From: Tubiluchus corallicola
Taxonomy: Eukaryota; Animalia; Priapulida
Assembly (NCBI GenBank): GCA_030141605.1
Contig: JAQGDQ010000111.1
Location: 496,001-560,000 of the forward strand
DNA length: 64,000 nucleotides
Direction: 5' to 3'
Shown piece by piece: positions 39,076-51,650 of the stretch. Within the stretch, counting starts at the first letter, position 1; every line of letters begins with the position of its first letter. Below the pieces are notes generated by a model. It searched no databases, had not been told where the DNA came from, and saw only the letters and a program-made list of their open reading frames with translations. The position numbers were made by a program, and so were the translations under genes.

Positions 39076-39877
39076 GTGAGTTCCTTCCACTTATATTCTG
39101 CTCTATTTTAACAAATTACTTGTTTTTGCGTTGATTTTGTATAGAAAAACTAAGGAATACATTTAGCATTTTCGTCCCATTGCTGAAGTGCAGTCTTGCC
39201 TTGTTTAAATTTTTTTAATCTTGCCAATAGATGGAGCCACCTATAAATTTCTGGCATTTAAATGATGGCTAAATACATGATTACAAATTTTTCCTGCAAT
39301 ACAGCAACAGCATATTTCAGATGAATTTGTTGATCGCAAAACTCAATTTTTTGTGTCTATAGCATATCTGTGGCCCCGTCCAGAGTTGCTTATGAATCCC
39401 AGTGGCACAAAAATAACTGGTTATTGAATATTAATAATTAAATAACAATTATTGTTTGATATCTCATTTTTGCAAGCAGTGAACCCTAGCAATGAAAATA
39501 ATGTCAGTATATGATATACGAATGTAGGACGAAAATTTGATTTAACTGCAAATTTTCACTTACAAATCTGTTATTGATCACTAACCGCAGTATATATTTG
39601 ACAGTAAGTATTGATTTTCTGTGCTATTTTCCTATTTCCATGCTGCTTACTGATTGATCACCACCATAAATTCACTATTTTTCCATAACCAAAGCCCATA
39701 CCTCCACGTGGTTTACTGAAAATCCAATCACAACATTTTGAGATCCAGCATACACGCAAACAAACCAACAAACAGACAAACAAGAAACAATCTGCTCAAT
39801 GCACAGCTGTCTTGCTACTTCTTGTAAAAGACAACACATCTTGTTGTAGGTAAATCGAATCTTTTTTGTCTTTTCAG

Positions 39878-39970
39878 CTTTTCGTATGATACCTTATCCG
39901 CTAGAAAAGGGACATTTATTTTATCCTTATCCAACTTGTACAGAGAGTGCTGATAAGGAACTGTTACCTA
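39878..39970 (+). CDS. ST7: ST7 exon 11
   Basis: [31 protein letters not shown]. Confidence 0.96.
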
Positions 39971-40309
39971 GTAAGTGTTGCTTTTATGTTTATACACATC
40001 TGATACTGTGCTTTGATCGCTACCTGTTTTAGCTAATAGCTATTACACTCAGATCTCGGTTTGCCGGACATCACTTTTACGGGTTTCGGAAGAATCGGAC
40101 AAAGTTCCGCATACTACAGACACAGTCCATTTTTTTCACAAACTGACCGCTAGTTAGGTGGCCGTCACTTTGTTTACGCCTTGCATGCATACACGCTGTA
40201 CTTAACGTGATTGTTTCTACATACATTGTAGTGCACAAAAGCAAAGTAAGACAACGTAAAAATAGTAAAAGCTCAAAAGGTTGCACAAAAGTATTATGCG
40301 GAGTTATTG

Positions 40310-40474
40310 AGTCAATTGCCGTTGGTTTTTATATACTTTTGCATAGGTGCAGCCCATACTAGACATTTTTGAGACAATTGGGTGATTGATTCTACATTAC
40401 ACTGAGTCAATTGCCAACAGTTTTTATGTATTTTTGCATAGCAGCAGCCCATACTAGACATTTTTGAGACAATT
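40310..40474. repeat. Local tandem duplication, period about 94 bp
   Basis: GAGTCAATTGCC...GCAGCCCATACTAGACATTTTTGAGACAATT occurs twice. Confidence 0.8.
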
Positions 40475-41539
40475 AGGCAAATTCGGACCGACATCTCCCC
40501 GCTTTTGTCCAGCAAACTGAGATATGAGTGTGCATTTATTTCTGGCATCAGCTGTGAGCTCATGCAGGTATTACGTATGCAGTTGTTTTCAGCTAATTTT
40601 GACGAGACTTCATTGTAGATGACAGGATTATGTGAAAAGTTTGTGTGTCCACATGTCTGTGCATTTTGGCTTGGTGACAGTAACAATCAGACACAATTTT
40701 TGTTATAACGTTACAATTTTCTAGTAAAAAAGTAGTTTTGCATATTAATTTACTTAATGTTCAGCCATATAACGTGTTTTGCCACAAAAATCAGCCACAG
40801 TTTTGGGCTATTTTAGTCAAACTTGTAAAAAAGTTGAGAATTAATCGTTTTAAGGTGCAAAAATCAATAATTAATAAGTGACAGAATGGATGAATCTTTA
40901 TTTAATGAACTGCCTGAACTTAGTTTCCAGCCTCATTGAATTACAGTTGCAAATTGAATCAACAGGGATTTATAGCGTTGGCAAAAGATGTTCAGAAAGC
41001 CCTGAGTTTAATCCTTGATTCACATAGCGTATTCTTTCTGCATTTCTAATGTTACCTGCTACATTATTATTAAATTTCATTTTGGTATCCTTCCTTACAG
41101 TTTAGACTACATGTTCCTGCGACACTCGTTTGATTTAGTTTAATTTTTTTGTACTTTATTATGTTTGTGTGCCGTAGATCAGCTCAATAGATCTCACGGA
41201 ATAGTTAGAGCATTAGGCACACTTTATTATTCATCTTATTCTGTTTTATCAATGGGTGTCTAGAAATGGCATTTCGCCATTGAAATATTCATTGCAAAGT
41301 TTTGAAATATTATTACAAAATCATTCATGTACATGTAATAAATTCTTGCTAGCAGAATTCGTTATTTTACAGTCAGCAATATCTACGAACATGTTAACAC
41401 TAAACCATTGAAACATTACGATTTCATTAGCCTCCGCTTATAATTTTCTTTTTTGTTGTACAGAAAAAATAAGGACTGTTTTGAATTTTAGCCATTTGCA
41501 TACATTGATGACATGTCTACATGCACATAAACAGATGTA

Positions 41540-41745
41540 CGGGGTGTTCCAAAAGAAACAGTGCAGTAACAAATGACATGCGCATATCAATATTACATCA
41601 TTACTGCATCCGCAACACCCGTAATGTGTAAATCTTTAGTTGTAATATTATCTCTTACTAAATGGTTTCCACTTAAGTGCGTTTTTGTGTGATTTGATCA
41701 CCATGTTTTTAGCAGGCCTATTTGTTTGTCTTTTGAAACACCACG
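41540..41745 (+). mobile_element. Tc1/mariner-type MITE
   Basis: TA|CGGGGTGTTCCAAAAGA ... TCTTTTGAAACACCACG|TA; TA target-site duplication. Confidence 0.7.
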
Positions 41746-41803
41746 TACGTTAAAATCTGGCTGAACTTTTGTAGATATTTAAAGTCTATTTATTTGTTTT
41801 CAG

Positions 41804-41943
41804 CATTCCACGAGGTATCAGTTTACCCTAAAAAAGAGCTGCCGTTCTTCGTCCTTTTCACAGCTGGCCTGTGTTCGTTTACTGCTTTGTTAGCACTTCT
41901 CACACACCAGTATCCTGAACCCATGGGTCTACTCGCCAAGTCA
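41804..41943 (+). CDS. ST7: ST7 exon 12 (C-terminal hydrophobic segment)
   Basis: [46 protein letters not shown]; donor TCA|GTAAGT. Confidence 0.96.
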
Positions 41944-42446
41944 GTAAGTATATGTTACTATCAGGTTTTTCTGTACTGTTACTCATTTCATTTTAAACCA
42001 GCTGGTACCTGTACTGGTTTGCTGTGTTAGAACTGGTGCCTAAGAGGTGTGGCAATGCTAAACAGTCCCCTGATGAACATAGTGAACTAAGTTATTTATT
42101 TATATTTAAAATGCCTATACCGGAAATTTTGTACTAATTTAAAAGAACTTGTTTAGAAAAAAGCAGCAACTGATCCATTACGTTTAATAGAACCTAGGTA
42201 AAAACAAGAACATATGGCTGTCACCCCTCTGCAATTGTTGCTTCACGATTGTGGAATTGATTTCCATTATCTATGCATAAATTGACATCATTACAAAATG
42301 TTAAAAACACTTAAAAGCATACCTTTTTAGCCAGCATTATGGATCATAGCATTATCTGTAACTTAGAGTAGAATATGTTGGTAACAAATTTTGCAATAGC
42401 TTTTAGAATCGATCTTATAAAATCTATAACAGTTATATAAATAAGT

Positions 42447-42613
<167 letters not shown>

Positions 42614-44109
42614 AAAAAGGTCATGCACTCTACCTCTTGAAACTAAGACAGTGAAATAATAATAAAATATTTAGCTTAGGGTTGGCAACACTGATTCCTC
42701 AGTTTGCCCAGGGTGATTTCTGGCTGTTGTCATGTATTGATTTGATTCTATGCCATTGTTTGTGTTTTTCACCAAAACTTCTCACTAGCTTAATGTTTGC
42801 AGTGTTATTTCACCATGTCAACTGTTCACAATGTTCTGTGTTTTGCTATTGACTATTCATGATTAATTCATCTTAACCATCAGTGAAAAACTAAAATGGC
42901 TGTGATACATGACGTTTAATGGTGGTAAATATGGACAAGTATTCGTCACAAATTCTACGAAAGGGTTCCAATGCACCTCCCTGGGGTGTGCAAAAAAGGC
43001 GGCGAGTTATTTGCAAAGTATGAATAACACAATGGGCTGCACTCGAACTACGTCAATCAGTATTAAGCGTAGAATGTGCGAGATTGTCAACAAAGGCGAT
43101 AAATTTGTGCTGGCGGCGAAATATTTGAACGGTGAAGAACGACCAGGTTTGCGATACGGCGCCCATTTGGCTATATGATTTGACTGTCAAATTCACGTGT
43201 ACGTAACTATTATGACGGGTTTACACACCTTTGTGGAGGGACATTTGTAAAGCGATCGTTTAAGCATATTTAAATGTTCTTCTTTTTGTTTGTAATCGTA
43301 ATAAAAAATTGGTAAGTCTGCAATCATTTTCATATTAACAGTTAGCAAGTTGTTAAGCAACTTACTGTAAATATCTGCTAACTGTAATACATATTTATGT
43401 TCTGTTCCATAATTGTGATTCTTACGTTGTGCCAGGAAAGCACTTCTTTTTACTACATTTTTTAAAGTTCAATTTCTCTAAGCTTTTAAAATAAAATATT
43501 ACACATTTTTTGTAAATATTGTTGTTGTTTGCTTATTGATGCTTAATAATCAGTAGTTTGTTTTAACAAAACCATAAAAACTGATATTATCAATATGCAA
43601 CAGTAATGCTTTATAATCACTAAAAGTAATTAATTAAGAAAACTTTAAGTTTGAAACATTTTTAAAACCGTGTCTAGTTTCCTTATCTTCCTTCTTTGAT
43701 TTTGTGTGGGTCTTCATCCAGAATTAGAACTGAAAGGCCATTCATAATGGAATTCCAGTTCATTACTTTCACATAGACGACAGTTTGACATACGTACAAA
43801 ACGGCTCAACTTATTGAGAAAGCTTAGTATTCTACCTTGTTATTTTGATTCCTGAATTCACGCCAGTTCTTGTCAGATTACACCAACTAGCAATCAAAAG
43901 CGCACAAAACCTACAATTACATTCGATTTTGTAGCCCCCTCTATTGTCAACATTCAAAAACAGATTATCCTCGTGTAAACCTCTTAACTGAGCCAATTCA
44001 TGATTGTACGTAGTTTCAGATAAATGCGATTCTTTTGTCTCGTTATAACTGTGGTGATAAGACATGATTATTGCTGACAAAATTCCGGTTCTTAGTCATT
44101 CTAGTTTGT

Positions 44110-44921
44110 GGGTGGTGTCATACATTAATGTGCACTAGGGGGATGATGGGACGGGTGGTGTCATACATCAATGTGCACCAGGGGAACGATGGGATGGGAT
44201 GGGTGGTGTCATACATCAATGTGCACCAGGGGGACGATGGGACGGGTGGTGTCATGCATTAATGTGCACTAGGGGGATGATGGGATGGGTGGTGTCATAC
44301 ATTAATGTGCACCAGGGGGACGGGTGGTGTCATACATCGATGTGCACCAGGGGGACGATGGGACGGGTGGTGTCATACATCAATGTGCACCAGGGGGACG
44401 ATGGGATGGGTGGTGTCATACATCAATGTGCACCAGGGGGACGATGGGACGGGTGGTGTCATACATTAATGTGCACCAGGGGGACGATGGGATGGGTGGT
44501 GTCATACATCAATGTGCACCAGGGGGACGATGGGACGGGTGGTGTCATACATTAATGTGCACCAGGGGGATGATAGGATGGGTGGTATCATACATTAATG
44601 TGCATCAGGGGGACGATGGGACGGGTGGTTTCATACATTAATGTGCACCAGGACGATGATGCAACAGGTGGTGTCATACATTAATGGGCATCAGGGGGAC
44701 GATGGAACGGGTGGTGTCATTCATTAATGTGCACCAGGAGGACGATGCAACAGGTGTGTCATACATTAATGTGCACCAGGGGGGCGATGGGACGGGTGGT
44801 GTCATACATTAATGTGCATCAGGGGGACGATGGGACGGGTGGTTTCATACATTAATGTGCACCAGGAGGATGATGCAACAGGTGGTGTCATACATTAATG
44901 TCCACCAGGGTGGTGGTGGGA
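44110..44921. repeat. G-rich 43-bp minisatellite, about 19 copies
   Basis: Unit GGTGGTGTCATACATTAATGTGCACCAGGGGGACGATGGGACG; period 43 measured from 44411 to 44454. Confidence 0.95.
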
Positions 44922-47649
44922 CATGTTTTACAAGACAGTAAGTCACAGAAAAACTGAAAATTGCAATTTCTTATAATAGCAGATATAAAAATTGTGAAAG
45001 TGTAAAATACGTTGTAAGTTTTTAAAGATCAGTGTTGATCAATGTTATGACACACCCCACAAATGCATGCACATGTACAGTAACACTTTGTTAAAGTTCA
45101 TGAGATTTAGAGCAAAAATAGTAAAATAAAGAAGAAATTAGAAAAAAGCAATGTTGTAGAATGCTAGTGAAAAGTCATTATATTAAACTGTACAAAGTAA
45201 AGTGAAGTAATAACATGGAAATACAAAATCACCGAAGCATTAAATTATCCTGAAAACTGTAACAAAAACTGTAAAGTATACTGCATCTTATTACTTACAA
45301 AGTAGACAGGGAGAACAGTTAAATTTGAGAAAAAATTGCAGGCATGTCTGTATAATAACGAAGATGACTAACTTTTATTATGCGATATACTGACAAAATA
45401 GAACCTCTCATTAGTAAGTAGTAGCAGCAGTTATCGCATTGGTTTATTGACTCAAAAAAGTCCAACATACAACGTTTACATCTCTTTTAATCAATGAAGC
45501 CGTGAATAAAGCTGAAATAAAGTATAATGTTTGCTGCAATTTTTTGGATGTTGTTTTTTTTATTGTTTTTTACTTGTCTTTTTCTGTGTGTGTTTTTTTT
45601 TGATAATCCTCTCAAGTAAGCTGTGGCTTATACTGTCCATTGGTTGTTGCTGTGGTCAAACAATAGCTGTCTTATACTATAATTTTGTAAATTGTTATAA
45701 CTGACTGACATAACTTTCTTACTGCTTTTGTTTCAAACATGCCTTTTCTTTTGGAAAAATCATCTGTGCACACTATATTATGTTTACAGTTCTACATACC
45801 CAAATATAGATTGAATCTGGTCATTCTTTGTAGCCACTAGCCACACGTATATTGCTAAATATGCTAAATGTGGTCATCAAAGACTTGACCATCGGTAATC
45901 CTACTATAAGGGTCACTGTCACATTGCCTATTGTTTTTGGACTCTCCTTTGCCTATTATTTACAGTGATTATACTTAGTAGTTTGCTAATGAACACATCA
46001 GGCGAGCTGGGCTTAGTTTGCTCAGGATTTGGTAGACATTGTACTTTCTGATTTTGGCACAGAAATGCTGTTGTAAACTCTAATATAATTATTGCAATAA
46101 AGTTGAATCTGTATAGAATGAAGTACTTTACATTGACTTGTATCTTAAACAAAATGTAAAACATAAACTGGTTTAATGGGTGATTTATTGAGAACACAGC
46201 TCAATATTCAGGCAACCTATTGGTAACCATTTTCAAGAATACCATTTCGCATTTTAAAAATGTCTGCCATTATATTACCGAAATGTAAGAATGTGTTTCT
46301 CTATGAATCACCTCTCAAACCTGTTTGTCTCTTACGTTTGGTTCAATATGTCTAGAAATGTTGTTGTTCTAATAAATTAAACAGCTCTGTCGTATAATGA
46401 TATAGTTAAGACAGCTTTTTAATTCAACATTAAATTTGTTAATAATTTTCATTTCAATCGTACATAATCAAAATAAAATTCTGGTACAAACAAAGTACCG
46501 CATCTCAGTTCGTAAGATGTATTCTAGTGATTAAATATGCGCTAAATAGAATTTATTTTCGTTTTAATGCAAAAAATGTAATTTTATTCCATTTAAATTA
46601 ACACTGATCGATATAATAAAATTAAAATCAGATGAGTTGATGAAAATTAAATAATGAAAATCCTTGTATATATTAAACAAATCCTATCATTGAAGAAATG
46701 GCCATAAAAGTGAAAACGTTATAACTTCCCATTTCCCTGTTATGTATGACAAGGGAAAATTGCAAAGCAGTCTTGCAGCTGTTAAATTCTCTACAAAAGT
46801 TTTGAGCAAGTGCCAAGAATCGTGCTAAAGACTCTGTCGCTATTTTTCAACAAATTTTGACAAGCTCTGCCCAGATTACGTGTTGGGCAGGTAGACTGTG
46901 AGCTCGTTATTATAGAACAAGGTGCGCATGAATAGGTTAAATCAGGCGCATAATTAAACTGCAGGCAGATTAAACCACGGATTGAAGCTCAGTGGGTGGG
47001 TGGCCTCCACGTAGGATTTCACTTGAATACGTACCCCTCCCTACCGGAACGCCAGTGTGTGTAAATAAGTGATCTGCTAGTTACAGTAAGAGCAAGAATG
47101 CACATACAGTGACATGCTTGCTCTTTACTGATGTACTATATAAGAATATTTCATGAATTTCACATTATTACAAAATATGTTTTGCTATTTGAACAGCCTG
47201 TTTAATAACATCTGATGGTTTGTGCTCATTTAATTTTAAGTCATTGTATGGCATTTTTTACAACTTTTCAATCTTTTCGCGATAAATATTTCAACATTTA
47301 TTAAGACAAAAGCTCGGGCTCATCACTCGATGACTCACACTTCATAAGCTGAGGTTGGTCACAAAAAATGGATGTGGAAACTGATGTAACAGCTACATAA
47401 ATTATGAATAAAAATCATTTTTTCACAAAAAATTTCACTAATTTGGGAACAAGTTGTCAACTGTTGTGTTTGTTGTGTTTCTGAATGTAATGTTTTTGTA
47501 TTGCTTTCCTGCTTGTATTGCTTCATGTTGCTGAATTGCACTGTATTAAAATGTTTTGTTACTTCGTTACACAATTTTGATAATTAACAATGAGTACATG
47601 TCTGTGAGATTGAAAATATACAGCATATTCAAAGAACATAATCGTACCT

Positions 47650-47760
47650 GCGTGCATGTGCATGTGTGCGTGCGTGCGTGTATGTATGTATGTATGTGTA
47701 TGTATTACATGTAATAATAATATAATATATTACATTATATATATATGTAATATACATAAA

Positions 47761-47830
<70 letters not shown>
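47650..47830. repeat. Compound microsatellite (TGCG)/(TATG)/(TA)n
   Basis: Directly visible. Confidence 0.9.
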
Positions 47831-47831
<1 letters not shown>

Positions 47832-48084
47832 GTGTGTATTTCTATCTTCTTGCGTTGTTTAAATATACTGTTTGTTACTATTTAATTATTTTTATTAGCT
47901 GCCCGATCCATCTATTAAATCTTAACTGTTGCGCTAATTTTTGTTAGTTTCTGAACTTCACATGAGTAGCCATGATTGTGATGATGTTTGGGCAATTAAG
48001 AAGTAAAGACAATGTGTTGAACTGCTGATGTCATCGGTTTCTGCAGAGCATTGTTGTTGTTCATTTCACTCTTGTTTATTACAG

Positions 48085-48180
48085 TTAATCGCCTGGCTCT
48101 CCATGCCGTTCCTCTGGGTCATGGACAAGTTCGAGAGCTTGGTTCCTTCCAACCTCCTGCAACTGATACACTGGACTTGA
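48085..48180 (+). CDS. ST7: ST7 terminal exon 13
   Basis: acAG|LIAWLSMPFLWVMDKFESLVPSNLLQLIHWT* (TGA 48178-48180); resembles the recalled human end FLSTLFAPLNFVMEKVESILPSSLWHQLTRI. First downstream AATAAA noted at 48732. Confidence 0.9.
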   Translation, partial: LIAWLSMPFLWVMDKFESLVPSNLLQLIHWT

Positions 48181-49404
48181 CGCATGCCGGGACAACCTCC
48201 TGTTGGCATGGCAACTCCAGAAAGCGCGTTAGATATCAAGGAAGATCGTTCTTCATAGAAAGCAGTTATGGCTTAAGCATGTTTTGCCCGTCATGTGTGG
48301 GATATAGTTTAGGCTATTTATTTTGTTCGACAATTGATGAATCTGAGCTGGTCTTCCAGTGAATTCTGCATTTCAGACATTTTAGGCCAAAACAAGTTCA
48401 GCATAAAGACACAGAAACTAATTATTACAAATTAAACGAGTGTTTTTGAACCAAATAATTATGAACGAACTTATGAATTAGGTATTGTCTTGACATTATT
48501 TTTAAAAATTTTAGTACTATAATTGAACTGTTCGCTGTCTTCTGCTGTTTTTGCAGAGAAGAAAAGGTTTAATGTTGTGAATTTTTATTGCATAACTTCA
48601 TTTTTAAATTTTTCAAGTTGTCGATAGGAAGTTTTCGTGAACATCATTGTCATGTAATTTTGCAGATTTATAACGAATCCATTCAAATTTACTTTTTAAA
48701 TGCCTGAAAGTGAGTTAACAACGATGGTGAGAATAAATTTTGGGCACCAAAGTGAAATATAATTTATAATTCGATGTCGCAAAGGAAGCCTCCTTCCAAA
48801 ATGAGTTTTCTAACATTGTTTAGCTCCAAATTTTACCGCAAGTAATTCCAAAAAAACAGTGTAGTATTCTTCCATATAACGAATTTGCCGTGCATCAAGT
48901 TTTAGGCGTAATAATTTCATATTTTTAAAGAAAACCTATTGTTGGCAAATTTTCATTGCTTAACGAAGTACAATATAATTTTAAATTCCTCAATTAAATT
49001 ATTGTTTTATTTGTAAAACTGTTATTTATCAGTTGTTGGTTTTTCTGATTACCTCTATATTTGTGTAGAATTATAATTATAACTTGAATAAGACAATTTA
49101 AGTCGGTTTCTTATATCTTACAAGCACCCTGCTTATTCTGAATAAGATGATATAAAAATGATTAATTATATTCGTAAGCATACGTACGTGCAATTTGCTT
49201 CCTCATTATCAGATCTCATTAACTTAAGAGATTGTAATCATTGCAGAATTAAAAACATTCTCTAGGCTTTCCAAAAGATCATAAGACAAAAATTTATTAT
49301 GCTTCATCAGATTAAGGCATTACACTACTGTGCTCAGGTCTTTTGTGAGTTCTTAATTCATTCTTTTCCTTAATGCCCGATAAGTAAATAATATTTCATT
49401 TCTA

Positions 49405-49724
49405 GGAAGGAGTTTATAGTTCCCTACACAATTTAAAAGCCATAATCCTAACCCTAACCAACCCTAATCCTAATCCTAACCCTAACACAACCCTAAGCCC
49501 AACTGTAACTCCAACCCTAATCCTAACCTTAACCCTAACCCTAACCAACCCTAATCCTAACCCAACCCTAATCCCAACCATAACCCTAGCCCTAATCAAT
49601 CCACAACCCTAACCCTAACCAATCAATCAATCTAGGGGTAGGGCTAACCCACCCCTATCCCTAACCCTAACCCAACCCTAATCTTAACCCCAATGTTGTG
49701 TATTCGGAACTGTAAACTTTAGCC
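49405..49724 (+). mobile_element. Small DNA transposon with degenerate (CCCTAA)n core, copy 2
   Basis: Ends GGAAGGAGTTTATAGTTCC...GGAACTGTAAACTTTAGCC; exact 8-bp flanking repeat CATTTCTA (49397-49404 and 49725-49732); about 250 bp of internal CCCTAA variants. Confidence 0.8.
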
Positions 49725-50999
49725 CATTTCTATTATAAACATAAATTTTACCTCTAGGGTCTGATTCACATGTGATACTCTTAATCTGTTCACACACCAA
49801 CAGTTATACATTGAAATAAAATGAGTTGCTTTCATGAATCGGTGCCAGTAAATGTTATTTTCAGAATTGCAATTTGGAATAATTTTATCCATATAAAAAA
49901 GAATTAAACTTTTTGCTAGTTATTTCAGTTCGAAAAGGATTATTACTGGCTAAATTTTATGCATTTTTGAACAATTTTAAACATCAGTTTTTACCAATTT
50001 TCATGTTAAAAGAGCCAAGATGAATTTCTCAGGCATCTCATATAGGCAGGGCAATGAAGGGGTAGCAATTTCTCCCGAAAGGGGCGAGGATAAAGTTTTG
50101 AAGGCCTAGTATTGAATCTCATTATAAGACAGTAGAAGTACTGTACTGAAATGTGCCATAATATCAATTGTTGACATTCTGTATAATAAAGAATTTGTTT
50201 CTTGAAAGGAATTTTTGCTGTATCTTTTGCATTAAATTATTGTTAAGATTCTGTGTGTATTTTGTCATAGAGAATTTTAATGCAAGAGCTTTAACGCATA
50301 TAAACACCATCAATAGCAATTTAATTGATAAAATCATACATGTGTCCCAGTCTCTTGTCTGGGTGTGTACAGTCGATTGTTTGGCAAAACTCATACCTAT
50401 TTGCAAAGCCAGATGAGCTTATGAATTCATGAGTAACGTGTATCTAATGCTCGGTGCATGCGCAGTACCTACACACAAGTAAAGAGCTGGAATCTTACCA
50501 ATGATTTGAATTAAATCCTGGTACAATTATAGTTTGATACGCGTTGCCCAAAAATTGCAAACGAAAAATAAACTATTTTGTATCTCTTCAGTCATGCCTC
50601 TGTAGGACAGTTGCGACATTTGTTGATTACAAAGACTCGTTGTCTGATAAAAAACATTAAATTTACTTATAGCTTAAAAATACAAACATTATGATAACTG
50701 AAGCAGTTAGTGCACTCAATGGTAGTAAAAGTTTTAGGCCTTATACGCATAACATGTGCATATTGCACAGTTTTTCCATGACTAATTTGCGAATAAAAAG
50801 TAACACCCTACTACTTTTAGAACAATTGCTTATAGTAAAGCAGTAAACGTTTTAAAAATCTGTAATAATTCTTGTTAGTTACTCCTTTGTGAAGTAACTC
50901 TATGAAGCGGTCTATTTTGCCATGATCCTCGTCTCTCTTTGTAAAAGTTTTTATATTGTGACGTCGCAACAGAATTACTCCATATTTTAAATTTTTACC

Positions 51000-51650
51000 A
51001 GAAAACGGATTCGTGACAACAATAAATAGCTTTTTACATGACATATTCACGAAAAATGGGTTCATGGCAACGATAAATTGCATTCTAAATGGCATATCCA
51101 GGCAGTGGGCGAAAAACTCAGCAAGTAAGGAACCCTATGCTTTGCATTCCGGATTAATTATACAGTTAGATATTCTCATTCTGCTAGTTTTTATCCAGCA
51201 CTTGATGGAGGGCTTATTTAATGTAAATATTTGTGGCGGGACCAGAACCATTCTCATCAACAGGAATAAACTTCACTATCATGCACCCAAAGTGACCACT
51301 AAGAATTTAATGCAAGCAGTAATTGGTTTATGGCGTTGTTGCCAAGATAGTTAAAAGTCTATCGTGATGGAGAGGTCACGGAAAGAAATACGTTATAATT
51401 TATCTTTCAAAAGTTTGCCAGTGTATAATCGGGAGAAAACGTTATGGTAAAGCAGGAATGTCAGTTAGAAGCAGCTCTGAGAAAAAAAACTAGAAAATTA
51501 TTCTTCGACACGGACGAGAAGCAAGAAATGGGCATTCCTAGGAAACACAAAACCATTGACAATGGCTTAGAAGCAGGTCTGGGGAAAACACATCGAATCT
51601 TAACCGTGGCACCACGAAATTAAAATATGCCAGCTAAAATTACTATGAAT
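51000..51650 (+). pseudogene. Decayed pogo/Tigger-like transposase fragment
   Basis: One stop-interrupted frame gives FYPALDGGL (about 51189) and EFNASSNWF (51303-51329), recalling the CENP-B-type HTH (YPxLExxL ... FxASxGW). Boundaries are approximate. Confidence 0.45.

Noticed and set aside
44110-44921. CRISPR-like array or repeat-protein ORFs
   Set aside because: Head-to-tail units without unique spacers, eukaryotic intron context, no cas genes; the unit length is not a multiple of 3.
48178-48260. Selenocysteine UGA with a SECIS element
   Set aside because: The UGA sits at the homologous ST7 stop position, not at a conserved Cys, and the adjacent hairpin lacks the SECIS AUGA/GA core and apical AA.
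48051-48362. 103-aa overlapping ORF across the ST7 last exon
   Set aside because: Different frame from the spliced ST7 CDS, non-ATG start inside the intron, no recognisable homology.
49440-49700. Relic of a telomere fusion
   Set aside because: Bounded by inverted repeats and an 8-bp TSD, with a second similar element in the window, so it is better explained as transposon cargo.
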